DNA of 64,000 nucleotides from a virus, in the IMG/VR virus record IMGVR_UViG_3300042923_000619, positions 96,001-160,000 of that record, one strand, 5' to 3'. The notes beneath the pieces are model-generated. The model was not told the DNA's origin, did not search any database, and saw nothing but the letters and a program-made list of their open reading frames with translations. The translations under genes were made by a program, and so were the position numbers. Of this stretch, positions 21,222 through 32,141 are shown piece after piece. Each line of letters begins with the position of its first letter. Positions within the stretch are counted from its first letter, which is position 1.

Positions 21222-22706
21222 ATGATGAATGAATTAGTACAAAATGTTGCAGTTAATGTATTACATACAATTGAGGATTATGTAGAGTTTGATTATTCAA
21301 GAGGTCAACACGAATATATCATAATCAATATTGTAGAACTTGTTAAGGAAGAATTAAACCAAGTAGTTAATGCTGACTTAGTTGAAAAAGTAAAAAAATA
21401 TTTTTTAACTCAAATAGTTTATAAATCTACAGTTGAAAGCTTAGATTGCATTGGTTCAGAATTAAAAATCAATTTATATTAAGGAGCTGGGAAACCAGTT
21501 CTTTTTTTAATTTCCAATAAATCAACTCTTTTATAAATAAATTAATTACGTATAAAATGAAAAACGGAGTAAATTAAAGAAAACAAGAGATAAATAAAGT
21601 ATAATTCTATTAATTTGTTTTAAATAACTTAAAATCAACTTTTACAAATATGGAATAATACTATATACTTATATTATCAGCTAAGGAGAACTTAGCAAAA
21701 TCGGAAAAGAAATAAATTAATGAAAGATAAAGGAGATTGATAAATATGGCAGTTGTTGTTTTCAAGGACAGAGTAGTAAAGGAAGTTAAAGCAGAGGAAT
21801 TACAAAAAATGTTACAAGATGCAGTTGCAAAAGCTAAAATATTCTCATGGTTATACATTAAATAGACATAAGTAAATACATATTAAGTAAAGAAATAAAT
21901 TAATAGACAATGAACAATAATAAGAAAGGAGCAACCAACAATGGCAAGATTACAAATAGCTGAATTAACAGGAACTATTCAAAAAGTAACAGCAGAAGTT
22001 AATTACATAACTAAAGCTAATGGGAAACAAATAGTAAAGCTATCTAAAGTTTGTATAAATGGAATCCAAGTGAACCATTGTTGGTTATATGCTTCAAGCT
22101 TCAAAAAAGAATTTGAATTTTATAAATCATCTATAGGCAGACAAATAACATTTATTACAAAGATAGATACATACTATAAAACAAGAGAAGGAAAGAAAGT
22201 TTTAGACTATTGCTTAACACAAGTAAGTAATATAAAATTTAACTAATAATAAATGCAATAAGGTGCTAGGAAATTATAATAAACTAGTACTAAGGAGGAG
22301 AAGACAAAATGAAATATGTAAAAATAGATAATTATAAATGTGGTGTATGTGACAGTAAAGAATATGACGTTATATTAGATGATAATGGAGATGTAGTATT
22401 AATTATATGTGCAGATTGTGGAAGCGTGTATGAGGGTAAATATGAGGTAGTAGAAGAGTAATAAAATTATTGATTAAAGGAGTATGATTAATTATGAAAT
22501 ACAAAGTAGTAGAATTAATAAAAAGACTTAACTGGGAAGGTGTAATTTTTGAAGATGAAAAAGGCAATAGAAAAATAACTTCAGGCATTTATATATGGGA
22601 AGCAAAACCAGAAAGAGTTGCTAAATGTGAGATAATTAATAATATTGATAAAGAATTATTTTTAAAACGTTGGTATGAAAATTATAAAACGGAACTAGTA
22701 TTTTAA
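21222..22706 (+). CDS. Small hypothetical genes (21222, 21941, 22494) plus an unannotated 50-aa zinc-ribbon ORF at 22309..22461
   Basis: ORF track; 22309 ORF has RBS AAGGAGG and CGVC...CADC motifs. Confidence 0.6.
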
Positions 22707-22861
22707 TAACTCTAAATTGACTATATAAGCATTTTAAAACTAAACTAATGCAATTATACTATAAATCATTTATAACTGTTTGTGTGGTCAATCTGATAGG
22801 ATGTACAATAAATTAAATCATAACAATTAAAAAATATAAATATGAAAGAGGTAGGTTAATT

Positions 22862-23434
22862 ATGAAAATTATAAATGCAATAAAGACTTTACTATTAACA
22901 GGAGTAATTACAATATTAACAGTAATACCAGTTATGGCACAAGATATAAATATGCAACAAATTCAAGATAAAAAGATAATAGGAGTTTATACAGAATCAA
23001 ACAAAGATTTTTATTGTGAACAAGGTGACGTTATCACTGAATATGAAGATAATAGTTATTATATTAATAGTAATGTAAATATTTATTCTATAGATAAGCT
23101 TGATAATACAATTACAGTAGTTAACAATAGTAATGAATTATATTCTTTCTACGCTGAGGATATAAACAAGTATTATTTGAATGAACAATTAAATATTACA
23201 ATAGACCAAGACGAAAATATAATTGAGTATGTAGTGGATAATGAACCACAAGTATATAATACAGAAATAACCAAAATTGAAGGCAATACAGCGATTTTAT
23301 TAGCAAATGGGAATAAATATACTTTTGAGAATGAAGAAGGTTCTGACGGATGGAAAACAGGCGAGAAATGCAAAGCAGTTATTCAAGATGGTAGATTAAT
23401 AGAAGTTAGACCGATACCACTAAATGAGAGATAA
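22862..23434 (+). CDS. Secreted or exported protein
   Basis: Signal peptide MKIINAIKTLLLTGVITILTVIPVMA followed by beta-rich repeated domains. Confidence 0.6.
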   Translation: MKIINAIKTLLLTGVITILTVIPVMAQDINMQQIQDKKIIGVYTESNKDFYCEQGDVITEYEDNSYYINSNVNIYSIDKLDNTITVVNNSNELYSFYAEDINKYYLNEQLNITIDQDENIIEYVVDNEPQVYNTEITKIEGNTAILLANGNKYTFENEEGSDGWKTGEKCKAVIQDGRLIEVRPIPLNER

Positions 23435-23572
23435 AACAATATATAAAATTAGTATTTTATTTGAACTCAACCACAATATATAGTATATTATAAGTTGGCT
23501 GTATACTATATATTGTATACATATTTACAATTAATCCAACATGTAGTATTATGATTAAAATATCAAAAGGAC

Positions 23573-23764
23573 GTGAGAGCATTGGAAAAGAATAATATTG
23601 AAGATTCCAAAAAGAAAGCAAGAAAGAACTGGGATTTAAATAACAGGGAACAAAGTAATTATATAAAAGCTAGAAATTCTGCAAAAAGTTTTATACGAAA
23701 AGCAACTAAAGACGATTTAAAAGAACTGCAAACCCTTATAAATACAAGGTTAGAAGAAGATTAA
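23573..23764 (+). CDS. Small basic conserved prophage protein, probable DNA-binding regulator
   Basis: 63 aa, W...N.E...Y...R..AKSFIR..AT..DL.EL..LI..R pattern; its promoter shares a 13-bp spacer sequence with the next promoter. Confidence 0.5.
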   Translation: MRALEKNNIEDSKKKARKNWDLNNREQSNYIKARNSAKSFIRKATKDDLKELQTLINTRLEED

Positions 23765-23858
23765 AAATTTTTGAATTTGAATGAAAATAATTGTTGACAT
23801 TATCCAACATGTAGGATATAATTAAATCATAGCAAGGGAACAAATTAATAAAAAATAA

Positions 23859-24699
23859 ATGAAAAAGGTGGTAATCAATATGTTATTAAATTCAAAATTA
23901 TTCAATCAAATTTCTTTCTTCTTATCAAATAAAACTCTAGTTAGTTCACTAGATGAAGGAGCAAAAAAGTTCGGTGGAGCTACTAAAATAGAAAATACAA
24001 TCTATAGCAATATAGAAGGAGATAACAACATAAAAGTAAATGACAATCAAAATACAATTAGCTTATTTATACCAAGCACAATAGATGCAGATTCAAAAAT
24101 AGACAGTACAGAATATGTAACAAAATATTATAATTACATTCAAAATCATTTTAACAATGCTGATATAATCCTACATAACACAAACGGAGCTTGGTACTCA
24201 GATGATATGCAAAAGACTATAATTGAAGATATAACAATAATCGAAGTAGTTACAAACAAATTAACACAACAAGATATAAACTACATGTTAAACTTAGGTT
24301 TAGCAGTAAAAGAAGATATGAGCCAAGAAGCCGTAAGCGTAACAATAAATAACAGTTTAGCATTAGTATAAAATAGAATAATTAAGGGTGACAGAGTTCA
24401 CCCTTCCAAAATAAATTAATAATAAGGAGTGTATTGAAATGAAATTAACAAAAACTGATAAAGAATTATTAACAAAATGGGGTTGTCCTAAAGAAGACTT
24501 TAAACAAATTGAAAAAGCAACTACTAAAACAGTATATGAATTAAATGACGAAAAAATTTCTTGTGAAAAAGCTATAGAAGTATTAGGAAGAGAAGAGTTT
24601 TTAAGTGGAATATCAAGAAGTGCATTTCATTGGAGTTCTGCAAGGAATAACGACAAAGGTGAAACAGTATTCTTTGATTCATCTAAATTGTTTGAATAA
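23859..24699 (+). CDS. Two conserved phage hypotheticals (23859..24371 possibly PII/DUF3574-like fold; 24439..24699)
   Basis: GAWYSDD...IEDITII...KEDMSQEAVSV motif in the first. Confidence 0.45.
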
Positions 24700-24720
24700 A
24701 TAATATAGAGGTGTATTGAA

Positions 24721-25170
24721 ATGGAAAATAATAATATAAGAACTATGGAATATTTAGGAGAAGACGACTGGAGTAATTTAGTATATAAATGTATTGAAAC
24801 AGGAATATTATACAAAGGTGAAGTTATAGGAGATGAAGAAACACCAAGACAATTATACTCATGTGGTAATGAGTTTGACGGTGAAATGTGTTATCCTATT
24901 AAAAGTGATTTAGAGATACACTACAAGCCAACAGAGAAGCGACCAACAAAAGCACAACGATTTAATTATATGATGTTAGATAGGCTTAAAATGGATTGTG
25001 AATATTATCTAGGCAATGGAAACAGATATAAAAATCATTTATGGGCAGGAGATGAGCAAAAGCAAATTGATGAGATGAAGAAGTTATATAATGGTTTTGC
25101 TAATGAAGATAAGCCAGAATGGTTAACGTTAGAACAAATTTTACAATATGAAAAATTAATGGTAAAATAA
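24721..25170 (+). CDS. LPD11-like (large polyvalent protein-associated) domain protein
   Basis: YMMLDRLKMDCEYYLGNG...LWAGDEQKQIDEMKKLY...KPEWLTLEQI motif. Confidence 0.7.
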   Translation: MENNNIRTMEYLGEDDWSNLVYKCIETGILYKGEVIGDEETPRQLYSCGNEFDGEMCYPIKSDLEIHYKPTEKRPTKAQRFNYMMLDRLKMDCEYYLGNGNRYKNHLWAGDEQKQIDEMKKLYNGFANEDKPEWLTLEQILQYEKLMVK

Positions 25171-25192
25171 AAATAATTTTAAGAGGTGAAAA

Positions 25193-28100
25193 ATGAATAG
25201 TTATAAAGTGGATGAACTAAAGAACGGAAAATATGTTTTAGTAAAAATATTAAATGAGTATGAAAATAAAAAAGATGCTGATATAGATTTGATAAAAGTA
25301 GTTACAAAAAAAGTTTCGGAAAAAGAATTATTAAAAGAATATGAAAAAAATAAAAAATAAAGGTGGTATTAAAATGTATAAAATTAGTATAGATACAAAT
25401 AATTATAAAAATCTTAAATGTAGTAAAAAGAATTGGGAAAACGGAACTGTTAATGATTATATGAACGCTTTAAACGGGTGGAATAGAAAAGTTAATGATA
25501 TTCAAGAAGTTATATGGCAAATAGAAATGTTTGCACATAATTGTCATACTAATTGTTGGGACAATGAAAAAGAGGATTATACAGAAAAATTTAAACAATG
25601 GAGTACTGATGAAAATAAAATTACTTATTATGATAATCTTTGTGAATTTAATAGAGAGTCAAAAATAGAAGTATATGGATTTGCTCAAGGATATTTTGAT
25701 ATAGAAAAAATTTTAAAAGAATTAGAAGAAAAAAATATTATTCAAATACCTTTTAAATGGTGCTATGATTTAAGACAATACAGTAAAAATATGAATGGTT
25801 GTTATATGCAAATAGAAAAATTAAATTAATAAGAGGTGTATAAAAAATGAATAGAGTTGAAATGAATAAAGATATATTAAATGTAATTAATGTTGTATTA
25901 GACTATCGAAAATTTTTAGCAAGTTATTATTATCATATACTTAAAGATATGAAATTTAATATTGATGAAAAAGCGGAGGAGTTTTATTATAGTTTAGATT
26001 TACCATCAGGAATGAATAAAAATATTAATGATTTTGAAGTTATACTTGATTATGGTAGAAATAAATATATAAATAAATTAAATGAACTAAAAGAAGATGA
26101 ATTAAAAAATGAGGATTGGAAAAATTATTAATAATGAGGTGTATTGGATGAGTGTATATAAATTTTTAGATAGTAAAGAAAAAATGATAAAAATAAATTT
26201 AAAATCCTTCAAGGATGCGAAAGAGTATGCAGAAAAAAATAATCTAGTATCATTAACTATGGATTACAAAGATTTTATAAAAGCTTTTGATAATAAGGTT
26301 AATAAATTAAAAGAACATACTAAATATAATGAACTTTTAAAGCAAGCAGAACAGGCAAAAACAAATAATATTATGAGTGGTTATGACTCAATTGTAGCTA
26401 ACGATTTTATAAAAAGAATTATAACTTTACCTTTGGAATATATTAAAGGTTGGCTTGATGGTAAAAATAATCTTAAATGGCTACCAGAATATAAATAAAA
26501 AAAATAATTTTTAGGAGTGTGTATTATTATGGTAAAAGTAATTGAAAATATTTTATATAAAATAACTTATTATGGATCAAGCAAATTTATTGAAGCTGAA
26601 ACAAAGAAAGATTTATTTAAATATATTATAGATGAGGAATCAAAAGGATATTTAATAACAAGTGTAACTTTAATCGAGCCTAATGGAAAAACTCCAAAAG
26701 TAGCATTTAAAACTGACTCAGAATATAAAGCATTAAAGAAAAAAATAAATAGTAATAAAGAGGTGTTATAGTATGAAAAAATTTGAAAACATGACAATAA
26801 ATCAATTAAAAGATGAGTATGTAAATCTTGCATTAGGTGCAATGTGTTTTGGTTCTAAGACTGAACAAAGAAGAAAAGAAATATCAAAAGAAATAGATAG
26901 GCGTGAGTCACTTAAATAAAAAAATAAAGAGCCTTTACGGCTCTTTTAATTTAACTAAAAACAAATGAAAATAAGTATCAATACCAGTTAAAATGATTAT
27001 TTTAAGGTAATATTATTTTTATTAATTTATTAAAAATAATAGACAATAACAAATTAAAAGAGTATAATTATATTTATCAGATAGAAATAAATTAAATATA
27101 TAGGAGTGTTCAAGATGAGAGAAGATTTTACAATAAATAATGATAATATAAATTTTGGTTCGAAATACATATTAAAAGAAAAACTAGAAAGTAATATATT
27201 AAAAATAGAATACAAAGAGAACAATAAGGTAAAAGCATTTATTGAAATAGAATTAAAAACAATATCAAATGATAAAATTAATATTATAGAAGAGATAATT
27301 ATAACAAGTCAAAGAGCATATAAAAAATATCAAAATGAATTAGAAAAGAAATTAAATACTATACTTAATGATATTTTAATAAATGAATTTGATAATTTAA
27401 AAATAGGTGAAAATTATTGTGGTATTTATTATGGATATGATAACGCAAAAGAACCTAGAAAAGTATTTATACATGAAGGCGATTTAGAGAAGTATGCAAT
27501 TTTAAACAATACTATAATTTATAAAAAAGGCAATATTCTTTTTGAAGCGATATCATTAATTGATCATAAAAAAAAGTTAGATGGCTTTGAAGAAGTTAAA
27601 CAAGATTTAAAATATAATCATCAGAGTGTTGGAGAAAGCAATAATTCTATAATATATTATATAGGTGAAAATTTTTATTATAAAAATAAAGGAGAAATAA
27701 TATAATAATCCAATAAATCATAAGTTTTAATAGAAAATATTTTTATTAATTTGTTAAAAAGTACTTGTATTGTAATAAATTAAATGATATACTAATATCA
27801 AGATAAAGGTTAGGGAATACATAATAAACAAATTAATAGTAAATAGGAGTGGTTAATATGAGTAATACAGAAAAAGTTAAAAGATTATATTCTAGCATCA
27901 AGGAAACAGAAAGATTACTTGAAAAAGCAGAGAAAAAATATAATGATACAATTATATGTTTAAAGATGGAAATTGAAGAAAATAAAGAACTAGGAAATGA
28001 TATAACAGCAAATAAAGGTTGGATTGATTATGCATTACAAGACAAAGCAAGATTTGAAGAATTAAAAGCACATAAACAAAAGTTAATAAAAATGATTGAA

Positions 28101-30560
28101 GAATGTGCATAATAAAGATATATTAAAATAAGGTTTAGAGAGTACCTTTAAACTCTCTAAATAATAAATATGGAGTGATAACAATGATATATAGTAAAGG
28201 ATTTAAAAATGAATTTGAGAAGGCTCAAGTTAATTATATAAAAGCAAAAGTAAATAATGACAACATAGAAGAAATAGCGAAAGAATGTAAGCAAAAAGTT
28301 TTAAATGAAAATGTTTTTCTTGAAGAAGAAACAGAAGAAAGAATATTAAAACCTAATGCAGATTTTTTAATGGGTGAATCTGATTTTGAACAATATTGTA
28401 AGCTTGTATATGAACAAGAATTAAAAAGAGGTTTAGAAGTTCCTTCATTTGATACTACAGCGAATTATCAAACAAGACCAGCTTTATTAAAGGCGGAAAA
28501 TGAATTACTTGAAATGGGATTAAAAGCAGTAAAAGAAGAAGATCTAATTAAAAAAGGAAGTAGTTATGACCAATTAAGAAGAGCTTTTAATATTACTAAA
28601 TCTAGGGAAGAATTTTTGAATTTATATAGTACAATGAATTTATAAAAGTTGGAGTAATCCAGCTTTTCTTTTTTGCAATAAAACTCTATTAAATAGCCTT
28701 ACAATCCATTTTAAAAGCTTAAAGAATAAATAATACTATAATAGCATAAACACGTTTAAATCAGCTATAAACTACACTCAATACATGATAAAATAAGAAT
28801 TTTAACTCCTGATATTATTAATTAATTTATTTAAAAAATTCTTGCAATTAATATATGGGTATGATATTATAATATTAACAAGAAAAACAAATTAATTATA
28901 AATGAAGGAGATTGATTATAATGAAAAATACAAAAATGATGTTACAATTATTAAATACTACATATGGAGAACAAATTAAAAAACAAGCAGAAGAAACTGG
29001 ACAAAAATTTGAAGATTTATTTAAAGAACTAGTATATAGATTTATAAATATAAGTGAAGATGCAAAAGCAGTATTTGAAAATGAATTGTATGAAGAATTA
29101 AAAATAATATAAGTATCAAAACCCTTAGATATTTTTCTAAGGGTTAAGTTAAAAAGTATTGTTAATTCATGTAAATTTAAAATAATTATGAAGGAGCGAA
29201 TATAAATGAATGAAAATGAAGTATATGTAATTTACAAAGACAATAAACCATATAGGACAGGAAGTAAAAATGCAGTTTATTTAAATAAACAACAAGCTAT
29301 CAATACATTATTGCAACATTGTAAAGAAAAAGCGAGACAAAAATGGAATAAAGATATTAAATACAATCAGAATGTATATGAATTTAAATTTTTGTCTAAA
29401 GATGAACAAAATTGGTTAATTAGACAAGAATTTAAAAATTATTCGATTCATATATTTAAAGAATCGAATAATAAAATTAATTATGAAAAAGATTATCCAA
29501 AGGGTACAGAGCCTAAAATAGAAAATGATTATGATGGTTGGAACGTTTTTAAAATGGGAAATGTTACTGAATGTCCTAGTTGTCATAGCACAGAAATTCT
29601 AGGCACACCCAATGAGATAAATGGAAATATAATAAGTAATAATATATGTTGTAATTGTGGTAGAGTCTTTGAAGAAAAGTATTAACAAATAGGTGATTAA
29701 ATGAAATATATTATAAATGATATTGAAAGATTTACTAAGATGTTTCAAAAAGAAAATTATACACAAGAGAAGATTCAGGAATTATTAAAACTAATTGATA
29801 ATCCTTTAAATATAACTGTAAAATTAAATAAAATTAATGAAGGGATACAAATTACTATAATAGATAATATAATTAATGATAGAACATTTAAGAGTGATTA
29901 TAATGGATATGTGCAGTATTTAATTAATACTTGTTTGTCTGATTTTATGGGAATGAATTCAGATATTAAAAGGAATTATATAAAAAAAGAAATAAATGAT
30001 AATAATTTTCAATAAATAATAAAAGTCAACTTTTATTTAAATTTGTCGAATGAATTATATTGAATAATTAATTAATTTGTTTTATAATTAACTCATAGAT
30101 AAGAGATACATAAAAAATAATTTATAAGTTAAGCCACTTTAAAAGGCATGGAGGTAATATTATGGAAAATATAATTAAATTAGGATTAATCAATGGCAGA
30201 CATCCATTACCAGTAGAAAATTATATTATTGAAGAATCAGAATTAAATTCTTTTACAAAAGAAGAATTAAAACCAATAATTGAAAATGGATTAAAGAAAT
30301 TAAATATACAAAAATATAGAACATTACTTTCGAATTGCTATTATCAATATACAGATAAAGATTATAACAATATTAAAGAAGAAGATATTCCAAGAATAGA
30401 ATTATATATCACAGGGTTAACAATTGTAACATTAGTAACTCTAGAGATTCTTAATTATTGGCAATATGATGTAGATATTATAGGATTTAATCCAGTTACA
30501 AAAGAATATTATTCACAAGGAATATTTAATAAAAATAGTAATAAAAACAGAGAAAAATAA
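25193..30560 (+). CDS. Array of about 14 small hypothetical genes in short promoter/terminator units
   Basis: ORF track plus short ORFs (e.g. 25193..25360); repeated sigma-A promoters and terminators (26928, 28648, 30567). Confidence 0.65.
28130..28159 (+). ncRNA. Intergenic H-type pseudoknot, copy 2
   Basis: S1 AAGGT/ACCTT (28130-34/28144-48), S2 TAGAGAGT/ACTCTCTA (28136-43/28152-59). Confidence 0.5.
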
Positions 30561-30811
30561 TTTTTTATACTACATTTGCTTTTGAGTAGATGTAGTATTT
30601 TTTATAAAAACTCAGTTTTATTCATATTTTGTCGAATGAATTCTCTTGATATTTCTATTAATTTATTATATACTTAATACATAGATAAGGAACAAACAAT
30701 TCTAAGCAGTCAAGCAATGACATAAAAATATATCTAGTGCAAGACTAGAAGAACTATAATAGATAGTAAATACATAATAATAAATTAAAGAAAGAAAAAA
30801 TAATTTGTAAG

Positions 30812-31294
30812 GTGGTTGAAGTTATGCTTAAAGAATGGATAAAACAAGATGATAAAAATTTAATTGCAGAAGGTAACACACGTTTAGTATATAGTTACAC
30901 AATGGATTACATAATAAAAGAAGACGTTTCTGAAGAAGATAAACCATATTTTTGTAATAACTTAGAATACAATATTTATAAAAATTCAACAGATAAAGAA
31001 AAAGAGTTTTTGTGTCCCATAGTTGATATAGTTGAAAATGGTAGATATATTGTATGTCAACAATGCATTCCTTTAGATTGTGTTTTATTAGATACTTATA
31101 GTTTAGATGTTGATGATTTAGATTTATTTCAAGATGTAGAAGATTTTATAAAAGCATATCCTGAATATGAATTAGATTTAAATATATTTTCAGCGTTCTG
31201 TAAAAAGAATAATTTATATGAAGGAGAAGTAAGAATTCTTAACAACTGGGGATTACTTGATAATAAATTAGTTTGTTTGGATTATTCTTTATAA
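30812..31294 (+). CDS. Minimal protein-kinase-like protein, apparently degenerate
   Basis: GNTRLVY...IIK...N..E...LCPI...NNWGLLDNKLVCLDYS; paralogous to 46544..46951 but no clear catalytic Asp. Confidence 0.5.
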   Translation: MVEVMLKEWIKQDDKNLIAEGNTRLVYSYTMDYIIKEDVSEEDKPYFCNNLEYNIYKNSTDKEKEFLCPIVDIVENGRYIVCQQCIPLDCVLLDTYSLDVDDLDLFQDVEDFIKAYPEYELDLNIFSAFCKKNNLYEGEVRILNNWGLLDNKLVCLDYSL

Positions 31295-31638
31295 GAAAAA
31301 ATTTTTTAGACTCATAGTGTCAGAATGGATTCTAAGACGTTTTTCAGGAGTAAGTCATATAATTACACCTATAAAAATAAAATTCAGCTATGAGCTTGAT
31401 AATATAAATAAAAAAATTTTCAGATAAAAAACTTATTTTATCAAAATGTGTCGAACTATTTTATATTAATTTATTTGAAAAAGTATAGACAACAACAAAT
31501 TAATGATATATAATAAATACATAAAGTAAATCAATTCAAGACAATCAAGCTAGGCAGAAGAATTTTAATTCAACGCAATGTTGGATTTACATATAAAACA
31601 AATTAAATGATAACGAACAGCGAAGGAGTGTATTAATT

Positions 31639-32064
31639 ATGATAAAAGAAATAAATATGTCAGAAAAATATAGAGAAACTGCAATTTTATGTTTTGGAAA
31701 TACTTATTATACAGACTATGACCATCAAAACGCATTAGTAACAGCTTTAGAAGATGAAAATATTGAAATAGATTCAGAGGACGTTAACGCTTGTAAGGAG
31801 ATTGAAAAAGAATATGGAATGTGTGCAATAGATTATTTTGTAGATGATTTTTACACAAATAGAAGTGAAAATGAATACTTATTAATACAAACTGTTTAAT
31901 ATTTAAAATATGCTAATTTAGACTTAATAGAAGAAATTTGGAATGCATATGGTAAATGTTATATAGGGTTTGAAAAAGATTATTCAAATGATTTTGCAAC
32001 TATTACAGATAGCTTTGAAGAATTTAAAACTATGATTCAAAACAAATTAAAAGAAGTTGCATAA
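31639..32064 (+). pseudogene. Hypothetical gene with an internal stop
   Basis: TAA at 31897-99 is followed in frame by 54 open codons to TAA at 32062-64, with no RBS for the second part. Confidence 0.55.
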
Positions 32065-32141
32065 GCATATAAAGTCCTTGTTTTAAGTAGACATTATCTA
32101 TAATAATAAATTAAAATAACTAAAAAGAGGTGATAAGCTGA

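Noticed and set aside
30733-30749. CTAGTGCAAGACTAG resembling a twister-sister ribozyme loop
   Set aside because: The surrounding multi-stem junction and cleavage-site internal loop could not be built; kept only as part of the repeated leader motif.
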